Assembly (NCBI GenBank): GCA_913030945.1
Contig: CAJWEP010000002.1
Span: 1 to 57,287, forward strand
Reading direction: 5' to 3'
Source: an uncultured Verrucomicrobiota bacterium
Lineage (GTDB): Bacteria; Verrucomicrobiota; Verrucomicrobiia; Limisphaerales; UBA1096
Length of the DNA: 57,287 bases
The stretch's first letter is position 1, and every line of letters begins with the position of its first letter. This document shows positions 37,553-47,293 of this stretch, piece after piece. Under the pieces are notes generated by a model, which had not been told where the DNA came from, ran no database searches, and saw only the letters and a list, made by a program, of their open reading frames with translations. A program made the translations under genes and the position numbers.

Positions 37553-39337
37553 TCAACTTGGCGGCGGATAAACCAGATGCCCGTCAGGACCAAGCGGAAT
37601 CCCCAGTCCCACCCAGACCAGCAGTAAAATCGTCCAAAATATACAGAAAATGATGCTAAACGGCAGCATCGTCGAGATCAGCGTGCCCATGCCGCCCCTG
37701 GGCGCGATGTTCTTCATGAATGCCAGCATGATAACCATGTACGGGTTGAGCGGCGTGATGCAGTTGGTCACCGAGTCGCCGATCCGGTAGGCGCACTGCG
37801 TCAACTCCGGCGCGATGCCGACCATCATGAACATCGGGATGAAGATCGGCGCGAACATGGTGTACTTGGCTGACATCGACCCGACGAACATATTGAAGCA
37901 CATCGTCATCAGGATGAACGCCACCAGCAGCATTGACGTTGGCAGCGCCGCTTGGCCAAGCGCCTGGCCGCCGGTCATCGCCAGCATTTTGTCCAGACCG
38001 GAATACTTAAAGTGCTCGACAAACTGCCCGGCGAAAAACGCCATCACAATGATCGACGCCATGCCGGCCATCGAGTCGGTCAGCAGCCTGGTCACGTCGC
38101 GGTCGCTGCGAATCTTTTTCTGCACCACACCGTAAACAATGCCGGGGATGATGAAGACGATGAACACCAGCGGCACGATCGCCTTGACCCAGCGCGGGAA
38201 AATGTTGGCCGAGGGCACCAGCAGCAGGCCGTCCTGCTCGACGCTCCCTTTCGGTGGCGACTGCCCATCGGCCAACTCGACCACTTCCGCGGCCACCATC
38301 TGCCCCGGGTTCGTCGGCGACTCCATCTGGTAGGTGTACAACGGCGAACCGGGGACCATGATCAAGACCAGCACCACCACCAACCCCGCAATAAACACGC
38401 CGGTGGAAATCTTCAGTGCGCGCCAATCCTCCGAGGAAAGTTTTTGCGCCGTAAGGTCGCCGGCATCCACCGGAGTCGGACCACCCTCCTCCGGCGGCTT
38501 GCCGGCCAGTCGTTTTTCAACAATCCCATCGGCGACGAACCAGCCGACGCCGGTCATCGCCACGGTCGAGGCGATCATGAACCACCAGTTGCATGCGGGA
38601 TTCAACTGGTAGCCGGGATCGATCACCTGTGCCCCACCGTTGGCCAAGCCGGCCAGCAGCGGCTCGAGGCTGGTGATGAACAGGTTGGCGTTGAAGCCGG
38701 CCCCCACTCCGGCAAACACCGCAGCCAGTCCTGCCAAGGGCGCACGGCCCACCGCCTTGTACAGCGCGGCGGCCAGGGGCGGCAGGATGATGTAGCCGGC
38801 GTCGGAGGTCAGCGATGACATGATGCCCATGAATACGACCGCCGGGGTGAGCAGCCGCCCCGGCACCACCATCAGCATCGCCTTGAGCGCCGAGCCGATG
38901 AAGCCGGTTCTCTCCGCGATTCCGATGCCGAGCATCCCCACCAGCACGATGCCCAGCGGAGCGAAGTTGATAAAATTCTTCACCATGCTCGAGATCGCCC
39001 AAAACAGGCCGTCGCGCGTCAGGATGTTGCTGGCCTCGTAGGTATTGCCGGTGGCCACCCACTTGACCGCAGTATCGGCTTGCGACGAAAGCTCGGCTGC
39101 TTGGCCAAGCGCGGCGGTCTGCTCCGGCAGGCGCTCCTCGACGATCCAGTGGGTCTTGGTCGCCACCGCCGAGGCGATCATCACCAGCACCGTGCCGATG
39201 AGAAACAGTGTCGCCGGATCCGGCAGCCGGTTACCGATGCGCTCGATCCAGCCCAGCCAGCCGCCAGTAGAGCTGGGGTTTGTGGTGGAGGTGTGCTCGG
39301 CCATGAATTCGTGAAAGCGCGGATTCTGCCCGGACAA
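37553..39337 (-). CDS. AbgT-family transporter (p-aminobenzoyl-glutamate / antimetabolite efflux family)
   Basis: 594-aa polytopic ORF. The N-terminus WLGWIERIGNRLPDPATLF is typical of the AbgT family. Confidence 0.85.
   Translation of the reverse strand: MSGQNPRFHEFMAEHTSTTNPSSTGGWLGWIERIGNRLPDPATLFLIGTVLVMIASAVATKTHWIVEERLPEQTAALGQAAELSSQADTAVKWVATGNTYEASNILTRDGLFWAISSMVKNFINFAPLGIVLVGMLGIGIAERTGFIGSALKAMLMVVPGRLLTPAVVFMGIMSSLTSDAGYIILPPLAAALYKAVGRAPLAGLAAVFAGVGAGFNANLFITSLEPLLAGLANGGAQVIDPGYQLNPACNWWFMIASTVAMTGVGWFVADGIVEKRLAGKPPEEGGPTPVDAGDLTAQKLSSEDWRALKISTGVFIAGLVVVLVLIMVPGSPLYTYQMESPTNPGQMVAAEVVELADGQSPPKGSVEQDGLLLVPSANIFPRWVKAIVPLVFIVFIIPGIVYGVVQKKIRSDRDVTRLLTDSMAGMASIIVMAFFAGQFVEHFKYSGLDKMLAMTGGQALGQAALPTSMLLVAFILMTMCFNMFVGSMSAKYTMFAPIFIPMFMMVGIAPELTQCAYRIGDSVTNCITPLNPYMVIMLAFMKNIAPRGGMGTLISTMLPFSIIFCIFWTILLLVWVGLGIPLGPDGHLVYPPPS
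37949..37962. repeat. perfect 14-bp palindrome CGCTTGGCCAAGCG
   Basis: Exact match inside the AbgT transporter gene, encoding ALGQA. Confidence 0.95.
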
Positions 39338-39398
39338 TCCGGCGGGTCAATTCCCGATTGCTTTTTGAACAGCACGGTCCCAATATCAGCCCACGCAA

Positions 39399-41630
39399 AT
39401 GAGGATGAAGAGCCACATCTCAGTCATCGCAGCCATCGCCTTCCTGGCCGCCCCGCTTGGCCAAGCGGTCGAGTTGTCCGAGAAGGATAGCGGCAAAATC
39501 GCCCGGGTCGTCGGGTTCCTGCTTTCCAACACCCACTTCAAGCGCACGCCGCTGAACGACGACATCTCTCAGGCATTCCTCAGGAAATACATGGAGTCGC
39601 TTGACTACAGTCGCATGGTTTTCCTGCAGTCCGACTACGAGGAATTCGAGGCCAAGTACGGCACGCTGCTTGATAACCTGACCAAGCGCGGCGACGTCTC
39701 GCCGGCAAACGAGATTCACAAACGCTACTTCACCCGGCTCAAGACGGCGCACAGCTGGCTCGAGGACATTATCTGGAGCGACTTTGATTTTACCATCGAC
39801 GAGTCGTTTGTACCCGACCGCACCGAGGCTAACTGGCCGGCAAACGAGAAAGAGGCGCGCGACCTTTGGCGGAAGCGCATCAAGTACGAGGTGCTCGGCA
39901 CCCGCCTTGGCAAACGGCGCAGCGTCGAGGCCATGAAGGCCAAGGCCAACAACGGCGAGGTCATCAAAAAAGACGATGGCACACCGGTCAAGCCGTACGA
40001 CATCAAGACTGAAAAAGAGAAAATCCTGCGCCGTTACGAGCGCTTCCTCCGCGTCCGCACCGAGATGGACTCCGGCGACGTGCTGCAGGTTTACCTGACC
40101 GCCCTCTCCAACGGCTACGATCCCCACTCCGACTACTTCAGCCCGCGCAAGGCGGAGAACTTCGAGATCAACAACATCAAGCTCTCCCTCACCGGCATCG
40201 GCGCCCGCCTCCAGTGGGACGACGGATACACCAAGCTCATCGAGCTCGTCCCCGGTGGTCCTGCCATCCGCAGCAAGAAACTCAAGCCGGGCGACCGCAT
40301 CATCGCCGTGGCCCAGGGCGAGGAAGGCGAAGCAGTCGATGTCATCGAGATGGAACTCGACAAAGTCGTCGACAAGATTCGCGGCGAGAAAGGCACCCTG
40401 GTTCGCCTCACCATCATTCCGGCTGACGCCGCCGATGACAGCGAAACCAGGGAGGTTCGCCTGATCCGGGACAAGATCAAGCTGACCGACAGTCTCGCCA
40501 AGGCCCAAGTCATCGACTACCCGGAGGGAGACGACTCGCAGCCGCGCCTGGGCGTGATCAATCTCCCGCAGTTTTACGAGAACTGCGCCCGCGACGTGGC
40601 GCTCATTCTGGATCGGTTCAAGGATGAAAAAGTCAGCGGTCTCGTGCTTGATCTCCGACGCAACGGCGGTGGCCTGCTGCCCGAGGCTGTCAAGTTGGCC
40701 GGCCTGTTCATCGAACAAGGTCCGATGGTGCAGGTCATCGACAGTCGCCGCCGCAAACAGGTCCTGCAGGACAAGGACACCAAGATCGGCTACGACGGGC
40801 CAATGATTGTCCTCGTCGGCAAACTCAGCGCCTCCGCCTCCGAGATCGTGGCAGCTGCCCTGCAGGACTACGGCCGCGCCCTCATCGTCGGCAGCCTGTC
40901 CACCCACGGCAAAGGCACCGTCCAGACCGTCATGCCGCTCAACAACTGGGTGCGCCTGCCTGACTCCGGCAAACTCAAGCTGACCGTCTCCAAGTTTTAT
41001 CGAGTGGTCGGCAGCACCACCCAGAAGCAGGGCGTGATCCCCGACCTTATCCTGCCCTCGCCGTACGACTACATGGAGATTGGCGAGGCCACCCTGCCCA
41101 ACTGCCTCGAGGCCGATCACACTCAAAAACTCGACTACCGTCACGTCAACAAGGTAGCCGGACGCGTCGAACCACTGACCAAACTCTCCAACGGGCGCAT
41201 CAAGGGAGATCAGGATTTCGCCTACATCCTCGAGGACATCGAAACCCTGAAGGAACGGTTAAAGGACAAGTCCATATCGCTCAACGAAACCAAGCGCTTA
41301 GCTGAAAAGGACGAGGAAAAGACCAAGCGCGATGACCGAAAAAAAGAACGCAAGACACGTGGCGATGCCGAGGAGACCGTCTTCGACCTCACGATCAAGA
41401 TGATCAAGACCAACACCAAGCTGGGCGAGGAGGTCGAAAACGAGGAGAAACCGATCCGGCTCGAGGAAGACCCCGAGGACGGCGTGGAAATCGAGAATGA
41501 AGAGGATCAACCGAAGCTCGACCCACACATGCGCGAGACACTCCACATCCTTCACGATTACATCAAGCTGCTGGATCCCAAAAAACAAATCGCCGTCAAG
41601 GAGAACGACGACCAAGCTGAAATTCGCTAG
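39399..41630 (+). CDS. prc: carboxy-terminal processing (tail-specific) protease, S41 family
   Basis: Signal peptide, PDZ block (GIGARL...PGGPAIRS..LKPGDRIIAV) and S41 catalytic blocks (DLRRNGGGLL, SASASEI), followed by a charged C-terminal tail. Confidence 0.85.
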   Translation: MRMKSHISVIAAIAFLAAPLGQAVELSEKDSGKIARVVGFLLSNTHFKRTPLNDDISQAFLRKYMESLDYSRMVFLQSDYEEFEAKYGTLLDNLTKRGDVSPANEIHKRYFTRLKTAHSWLEDIIWSDFDFTIDESFVPDRTEANWPANEKEARDLWRKRIKYEVLGTRLGKRRSVEAMKAKANNGEVIKKDDGTPVKPYDIKTEKEKILRRYERFLRVRTEMDSGDVLQVYLTALSNGYDPHSDYFSPRKAENFEINNIKLSLTGIGARLQWDDGYTKLIELVPGGPAIRSKKLKPGDRIIAVAQGEEGEAVDVIEMELDKVVDKIRGEKGTLVRLTIIPADAADDSETREVRLIRDKIKLTDSLAKAQVIDYPEGDDSQPRLGVINLPQFYENCARDVALILDRFKDEKVSGLVLDLRRNGGGLLPEAVKLAGLFIEQGPMVQVIDSRRRKQVLQDKDTKIGYDGPMIVLVGKLSASASEIVAAALQDYGRALIVGSLSTHGKGTVQTVMPLNNWVRLPDSGKLKLTVSKFYRVVGSTTQKQGVIPDLILPSPYDYMEIGEATLPNCLEADHTQKLDYRHVNKVAGRVEPLTKLSNGRIKGDQDFAYILEDIETLKERLKDKSISLNETKRLAEKDEEKTKRDDRKKERKTRGDAEETVFDLTIKMIKTNTKLGEEVENEEKPIRLEEDPEDGVEIENEEDQPKLDPHMRETLHILHDYIKLLDPKKQIAVKENDDQAEIR
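39454..39467. repeat. perfect 14-bp palindrome CGCTTGGCCAAGCG (16-bp palindrome 39453-39468)
   Basis: Exact match inside the prc signal-peptide region, encoding PLGQAV. Confidence 0.95.
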
Positions 41631-41639
41631 TTAAGCAGT

Positions 41640-42470
41640 TTAATTCAAGACATCATCGGGATCGAGCGGGCCGCAAACCCGCTCGATTTGCTTCCGGATT
41701 TGGCCGTTGCTGGCGATGACGGCATAGGTGTAATCCCCCTTCTTTCGAGGCATCCGCCAAAACTCACCGCCGGCACACTCGATAATCAGCCCCCCCGCTG
41801 CGATATCCCACAAATTAACCTTCGATTCAATGTAGCCGTGAAACCGGCCACTGGCAACGTAGGTCAGCGCGAGCGTCGCCGATCCCATCATTCGAGGCTT
41901 GCGGATTTTCAACGCCAACTTGCTGAAGTACGGCATCATGTACTCCATCGTTTTCTTGTCCTTGGCGAAGCCGATGCTCAGCAGCGCCTCCCTCAAGCCA
42001 CCGTCGTTCACGCGGATTTTTTTGCCGTTAAGCTTCGCCGCCTGTCCCCTGATCGCCGTCCAAAGCTCGTCCGTGAACGGATCGAACACTGCACCGACAA
42101 CGGTTTCGTAATCGTCCCCGTACTCGTTCCGCTTGGCCAAGCGCTGCTGCAACGCGATCGACACGCAGGCATGCGGGATGCCGTAGGTGAAGTTGACCGT
42201 GCCGTCAATCGGATCGACCACCCAGCGCAACTCGGTTTCGATGTCACCGGCATTTTCTTCCTCACCCAGTATGCCAATCTCCGGATGCGCCCTGATCAGT
42301 ATCGACTCGATCTTCCGCTGGCATCGCACGTCCAGTTCCAGCTTGATGTCGCGCTGGGTGGCTTCGTTGATTTTTTTCGAAGCCAGGCGATTGCGCCGCA
42401 TGATATCGCCGGCTGCGTGCGCCGCCTTCACGGCAGTCGCAAGCAGTTGTTTCTTTTGGGCCACAATCAT
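41640..42470 (-). CDS. inositol monophosphatase family protein
   Basis: Contains WVVDPIDGTVNF and the WDIAAG motif. Its start shares 1 nt with the valS stop. Confidence 0.85.
   Translation of the reverse strand: MIVAQKKQLLATAVKAAHAAGDIMRRNRLASKKINEATQRDIKLELDVRCQRKIESILIRAHPEIGILGEEENAGDIETELRWVVDPIDGTVNFTYGIPHACVSIALQQRLAKRNEYGDDYETVVGAVFDPFTDELWTAIRGQAAKLNGKKIRVNDGGLREALLSIGFAKDKKTMEYMMPYFSKLALKIRKPRMMGSATLALTYVASGRFHGYIESKVNLWDIAAGGLIIECAGGEFWRMPRKKGDYTYAVIASNGQIRKQIERVCGPLDPDDVLN
42130..42143. repeat. perfect 14-bp palindrome CGCTTGGCCAAGCG
   Basis: Exact match inside the inositol monophosphatase gene, encoding RLAKR. Confidence 0.95.
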
Positions 42471-45130
42471 CAGGCAGAAAGCTTTTCAAGCGCCTCGTTG
42501 ATCTGGCCGCGCTTGGTCTGCCAATCGGCCAGTCGCTGGCGCTGTTCTTCCAGCACCTCGGCAGGAGCGCGCTCGACGAAATTCGGATTACCAAGTTTGG
42601 CCTCCACCTTGGCGATCTCTTTCTCGACCTTTTGCAACTCCTTGGCCAAGCGCTCGCGCTCGGCGTCGAAGTCGATCAAGCCTTCCAGCGGCAGATACAG
42701 ATCGCCAAAGGCCGAGCCCACGCGCGGCGTCCCCTTGGGCACATCCGAGCCAAGCGATACCGTCTCGGCATTCAACAGCAATTTGAGCACCTCAACCTCA
42801 TGGGCGTCCTGCTCGCCGCCAGGGTTGAACGTGTAGTCCACTTTCCTGTTGAACGGGATGTTGTACGTGGCGCGTAGGTTGCGTCCCTGCGTCACAAGCT
42901 CATGCTTCGCGGCGACGAACCGCTCCACCGTGTCGTCCAGCCCGTAAAGCTCGTTGAACGCTGTGTCGAACGCCTTGGGCCAACGGGCGGTCATGATGGT
43001 TTTCCCGCCCTGCTCCGCCGGCATGTCCCTAGAATATCCAAGGCCGTGCCACAGCTCCTCGGTGATAAACGGCAGGAACGGGTGAAACAATCGCAGCGTG
43101 TTTCCCATCACGAAATCAACCACCGCCAGCACGTTGGCCTTGCGAGCCTCGTCATCGCCGAAGAAGGTCGCCTTGCAGGACTCAATGTACCAGTCGCAAT
43201 ATTCGCTCCAGAAAAACCGGTACAACGCCGCCGTGGCATCGGAGAAACGGTACGCCTGGAACGCCGCCGTCACTTCGGCGATCGCTTGGCCAAGGCGAAG
43301 CAGAATCCACTTGTCATCGCTCGTGAGCCGCTCCTGACATATCTCCCCCTCCATTTCGCCGCCCTGCATTTCGCGAAAACGGCAGGCATTCCACAGCTTG
43401 TTGCAAAAGTTGCGGCCCAACTCGACGTCCTTCTCGTCGAACAACACGTCGAGACCGAGCGGCGCACTGCGCATCGTGCCAAAGCGGAGGGCGTCCGCAC
43501 CGTAACGGCCGATGAGTTCCAGCGGGTCGGGCGAGTTGCCGAGGCTCTTCGACATCTTGCGACCCTTTTTATCGCGAATGATGCCGGTGAAATAAACGTT
43601 GCGGAAAGGCAGGTCACCTCGCCACTCGTAGCCGGCCATGATCATGCGGGCGACCCAGAAGAAAATGATGTCTGGACCGGTGACGAGGTCAGTGGTGGGA
43701 TAAAATTTCTTGAGCGTCTCGGTTTCTTCCGGCCAGCCCATCGTGGCGAAAGGCCAAAGCCAAGAACTGCACCAGGTGTCGAGTACATCAGGATCCTGTT
43801 CCCAGCCGTCGCCATCGGGTGTCTCAAGCCCGCAGTAAACCTCCTCGCCTCGATACCACACCGGAATTCGGTGCCCCCACCAAAGCTGTCGACTGATACA
43901 CCAATCCTGCAGCCCACCCATCCAGTAGTCGTAAGTCTTTGACCACCGCTCGGGATGGAATTTCATCGTGCCATTGGCCACGCAATCGCGTGCCTGCTCC
44001 TGACTGGGGTACCTCAAAAACCACTGCTCGGAGAGACGCGGCTCGACCGGCACATCGGCGCGTTCGCTGAAGCCGACGTTGTTTTTATAATCCTCCACCT
44101 TGACCAACGCGCCAAGTTCTTCAAGCTTGGCAGCAGCCTCCTTGCGTGCCTCGAAACGATCCTTCCCAGCTAGATCCGCACCGGCCAGGTTGCTCATCCT
44201 GCCGTCAGATTCGAGAACGTCGATGACTTCCAACCCGTGCCTTTGGCCGATGTCAAAGTCGGCCTTGTCGTGCGCAGGCGTGACCTTCAGCACACCGGTG
44301 CCGAACTCGATATCGATATGCTCATCGGCAACGATGGGCAGATGCTCCTGGCTTTCCACCGGCAGCGGGCGAATGGCGTGCTTCCCGACCAAGTGGCCGT
44401 AGCGCGGATCCTTCGGATTGACCGCAAACCCGCTGTCGCCAGGGATCGTTTCCGGGCGCGTGGTAGCAACCTCCAGCCATGCGCCCGCTTCCTCGACCAC
44501 CTGCACCTTGAAATAATAGAGCTGGCTGTTCTGCTCCTTCATGATGACCTCCTCGTCCGAGAGGGCTGTCAGCGACTTGGGGCACCAGTTCACCATCCGC
44601 TTGCCGCGGTAGATGAGCCCCTTCTCGTAAAGGTCCACGAAAACTCGCTGCACGCACAGCGTGTATTCCTCGTCCATCGTGAAACGCAGCCGTGACCAGT
44701 CGCACGACGCGCCGAGCTTTTTCAACTGATCGATGATAATGCTGCCGTGCTTCTCTTTCCATTTCCATATGTGCTCAAGCAACTTCTCGCGCCCAAGATC
44801 GTCGCGGTGCTTCATCACACCCTCCTTGCGCAACGTGCGCTCCACCACATTTTGCGTCGCTATGCCCGCATGATCCGTTCCCGGCAACCACAGCACCTCT
44901 TTGCCGTCCATCCGCGCCTTGCGGGCAAGGATATCCTGAATGGTGTTGTTGAGCACATGCCCCATGTGCAGCACGCCGGTGACATTGGGCGGAGGAATGA
45001 CAATTGAGTATGCCGGGCGATCGTCGCCCACGCGCTTCGGCCTAGCCGTAAAACATTCATTCTCCTCCCAGAATGAATACCACTTTGTTTCTACTGACTG
45101 AGGGTCGTAAGCCTTGGGGATTTCCGGCAT
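42470..45130 (-). CDS. valS: valine--tRNA ligase
   Basis: 886-aa ORF with PPPNVTGVLHMGH (HIGH), KMSKS and a C-terminal coiled coil. Confidence 0.95.
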   Translation of the reverse strand: MPEIPKAYDPQSVETKWYSFWEENECFTARPKRVGDDRPAYSIVIPPPNVTGVLHMGHVLNNTIQDILARKARMDGKEVLWLPGTDHAGIATQNVVERTLRKEGVMKHRDDLGREKLLEHIWKWKEKHGSIIIDQLKKLGASCDWSRLRFTMDEEYTLCVQRVFVDLYEKGLIYRGKRMVNWCPKSLTALSDEEVIMKEQNSQLYYFKVQVVEEAGAWLEVATTRPETIPGDSGFAVNPKDPRYGHLVGKHAIRPLPVESQEHLPIVADEHIDIEFGTGVLKVTPAHDKADFDIGQRHGLEVIDVLESDGRMSNLAGADLAGKDRFEARKEAAAKLEELGALVKVEDYKNNVGFSERADVPVEPRLSEQWFLRYPSQEQARDCVANGTMKFHPERWSKTYDYWMGGLQDWCISRQLWWGHRIPVWYRGEEVYCGLETPDGDGWEQDPDVLDTWCSSWLWPFATMGWPEETETLKKFYPTTDLVTGPDIIFFWVARMIMAGYEWRGDLPFRNVYFTGIIRDKKGRKMSKSLGNSPDPLELIGRYGADALRFGTMRSAPLGLDVLFDEKDVELGRNFCNKLWNACRFREMQGGEMEGEICQERLTSDDKWILLRLGQAIAEVTAAFQAYRFSDATAALYRFFWSEYCDWYIESCKATFFGDDEARKANVLAVVDFVMGNTLRLFHPFLPFITEELWHGLGYSRDMPAEQGGKTIMTARWPKAFDTAFNELYGLDDTVERFVAAKHELVTQGRNLRATYNIPFNRKVDYTFNPGGEQDAHEVEVLKLLLNAETVSLGSDVPKGTPRVGSAFGDLYLPLEGLIDFDAERERLAKELQKVEKEIAKVEAKLGNPNFVERAPAEVLEEQRQRLADWQTKRGQINEALEKLSA

Positions 45131-45158
45131 GGATATTGAACTTAAATGCCTGCGAAAG

Positions 45159-46718
45159 TTATTTTTTCAGCAGGCGAAACTCGATGCTGTCCAGCAAGGC
45201 CTGCAGGCTGGCTTCGATGATGTTTTCATCCACCCCAACCGTGTACCAACGTTCCTTGCCATCAGTAGACTCGATCAGCACACGGGTCTTGGCCGCCGTG
45301 CCGCTACCGCCGTTAAGGATGCGGACCTTGTAGTCGGTGAGTTTCACCTTTTTCAGCACCGGATAAAATCCGCGAAGAGCATTCCGCAGCGCTTGATCGA
45401 GCGCGTTCACCGGGCCATCGCCATCAGCCACGGTGTGTGCTGTATTCTCGCCGACTCGCACCTTGACGGTGGCCTCGCAGACATGCTCCGCGGCGTCGCC
45501 GCGCATGGAGACATGGAACGCCTCGAGATGAAACGCCGGCTCGACGCGCCCAAGCGCCTTGCGGATGAGCAACGCCAGCGAGCCTTCCGCTCCCTCGTAA
45601 TCGTAGCCAAGGTGTTCCTGCTCCTTGACCTTAGCCAAGATATCCTTCAACTGCGGCGTGTCGTTGCTGACACGAATGCCCATTTCCTGGGCCTTCATCA
45701 CGATGTTGCTGCGTCCAGCCAAGTCACTCACAAGGATGCGGCGCTTGTTGCCCACCACACCCGGGTTAGCGTGCTCGAAACTGTGTGCCACCTTTTGCAC
45801 AGCGTTCACATGCATGCCTCCCTTGTGCGCGAACGCGGTGCCGCCCACCCATGGCTGGCGCCGGTCCGGCATCAGGTTGGCGATCTCATCCACGAAGCGG
45901 GACAGTTCCCGCAACTTTCCGATGCTCGCCTTCGGGATCGTACGCCTATCCATCTTGAGTGAAAGATTCGGGACGGCGATGGTCAGGTTGCAGTTACCGG
46001 TACGTTCCCCGTAGCCGTTGATGGTTCCCTGCACCTGCGTCGCGCCGGCGTCTACGGCGGTCAACGCGTTGGCCACGCCGAGGCCGATGTCGTTGTGGGT
46101 ATGAATCCCCACGCTACAGGAAAGCTTCTCGCGGGCGGCAGCCGTGATGGCGCTCACTTCGCTCGGAAGCGAACCGCCGTTGGTGTCGCACAACACCACG
46201 AAATCCGCCCCGGCCTCCTCCGCTGCAAGCCACGTGGCCATTGCGTATTCGGGGTCATCCTTGTAGCCGTCGAGCGCGTGTTCCGCATCGTAAATAACTT
46301 TCTTTCCCTTTTTTTTCAGGAACCGGATTGTGTCGCCGATCATCGCCAGGTTTTCCTTCGGCGTGGTGCGCAGCACTTCCTTGACGTGCAGCAACCACGT
46401 CTTGCCAAAAATGGTCACCACCGGCGTCTTGGCGTCGATGAGCAGCTTGACCTGCGGGTCATCCTTGACAGCAACTTTCTTGCGGCGTGTCGAGCCGAAG
46501 GCGGCAATCTGGGTATTCCTCCACTTGCGCCTGGCCGCCTGTTTGAAAAACTCAATGTCCTTCGGGTTGCTCCCCGGCCAGCCTCCTTCGACGTAGTGCA
46601 CACCAAAGGCATCGAGTTTCTCGGCCACGCGCAGCTTGTCTGCCACCGAGAAACTCACACCCTCACCCTGCGTGCCGTCCCGCAGGGTCGTGTCATAGAT
46701 TTCCACCGATTCCTTCAT
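45159..46718 (-). CDS. cimA: citramalate synthase (LeuA/CimA family)
   Basis: Starts MKESVEIYDTTLRDGTQGEGVSFS... and carries a C-terminal LeuA-dimer-like domain. The start was trimmed to Met131 of the track ORF. Confidence 0.8.
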   Translation of the reverse strand: MKESVEIYDTTLRDGTQGEGVSFSVADKLRVAEKLDAFGVHYVEGGWPGSNPKDIEFFKQAARRKWRNTQIAAFGSTRRKKVAVKDDPQVKLLIDAKTPVVTIFGKTWLLHVKEVLRTTPKENLAMIGDTIRFLKKKGKKVIYDAEHALDGYKDDPEYAMATWLAAEEAGADFVVLCDTNGGSLPSEVSAITAAAREKLSCSVGIHTHNDIGLGVANALTAVDAGATQVQGTINGYGERTGNCNLTIAVPNLSLKMDRRTIPKASIGKLRELSRFVDEIANLMPDRRQPWVGGTAFAHKGGMHVNAVQKVAHSFEHANPGVVGNKRRILVSDLAGRSNIVMKAQEMGIRVSNDTPQLKDILAKVKEQEHLGYDYEGAEGSLALLIRKALGRVEPAFHLEAFHVSMRGDAAEHVCEATVKVRVGENTAHTVADGDGPVNALDQALRNALRGFYPVLKKVKLTDYKVRILNGGSGTAAKTRVLIESTDGKERWYTVGVDENIIEASLQALLDSIEFRLLKK

Positions 46719-46793
46719 CAAAGCAGGCGGGCTGTCCCGCCAAAGCCGGTAACTTCTACTGCCTGAAGCCAAGCGACACCAGCACCAAAACCG

Positions 46794-46807
46794 CGCTTGG
46801 CCAAGCG
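46794..46807. repeat. perfect 14-bp palindrome CGCTTGGCCAAGCG (16-bp palindrome 46793-46808)
   Basis: Exact match in the trmL-cimA spacer, directly abutting the trmL stop codon. Confidence 0.95.
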
Positions 46808-47293
46808 CTACACCTCCCCCTCGAAACCCAACTGTTGAACCGCCTCGTACAAAACCAAGGCCACGCAGTTCGAGAGATTTAACGAACGCGCCTCGTCGTG
46901 AAACATCGGAATACGCAGCCATCGATCCCCGGCAGCCCGGCAAAGCTGTCCCGGCAGCCCGACGGTTTCCCGCCCAAAGATCAAGTAATCCCCGCTGGAA
47001 AACAGGGCATCGGCATAGCGAGTCGGCCCGCCGGATTCGACGAACCACAGCTTGGCCTCCGGTGACACCGAGGCTGCGAACGCCTTCCAGTCCGGCCACG
47101 CTTGCCACTCCACATGCTGCCAGTAATCCATCCCGGCCCGTTTCAACTGGCGGTCGCCCAACTCAAAACCAAGCGGCTCGACCAAGTGTAGCCTCGTTCG
47201 GGTTGCCGCGCAAAGCCGCGCCACGTTGCCGGTGTTGGGCGGAATCTCCGGCTCGACCAAAACGACGTTCAGCCCGCTACCCGGGCGGCTCAT
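46808..47293 (-). CDS. trmL: tRNA (cytidine/uridine-2'-O-)-methyltransferase TrmL (SpoU family)
   Basis: Contains LNVVLVEPEIPPNTGNVARLCAAT. The trimmed start gives an ATGA overlap with the truA stop. Confidence 0.85.
   Translation of the reverse strand: MSRPGSGLNVVLVEPEIPPNTGNVARLCAATRTRLHLVEPLGFELGDRQLKRAGMDYWQHVEWQAWPDWKAFAASVSPEAKLWFVESGGPTRYADALFSSGDYLIFGRETVGLPGQLCRAAGDRWLRIPMFHDEARSLNLSNCVALVLYEAVQQLGFEGEV

Noticed and set aside
39420-41144. 574-aa ORF on the minus strand
   Set aside because: It lies entirely antisense to the S41 protease gene, which has clear PDZ and catalytic motifs. The translation is low-complexity (Gly/Ala/Val/Asp/Leu/His-rich) with no recognisable domain. It is a typical GC-rich shadow ORF.
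42902-43942. 346-aa ORF on the plus strand (also 41688-42836 and 44237-44695)
   Set aside because: These are antisense to valS and the inositol monophosphatase gene. They have no motifs and a composition typical of the antisense frame of GC-rich genes.
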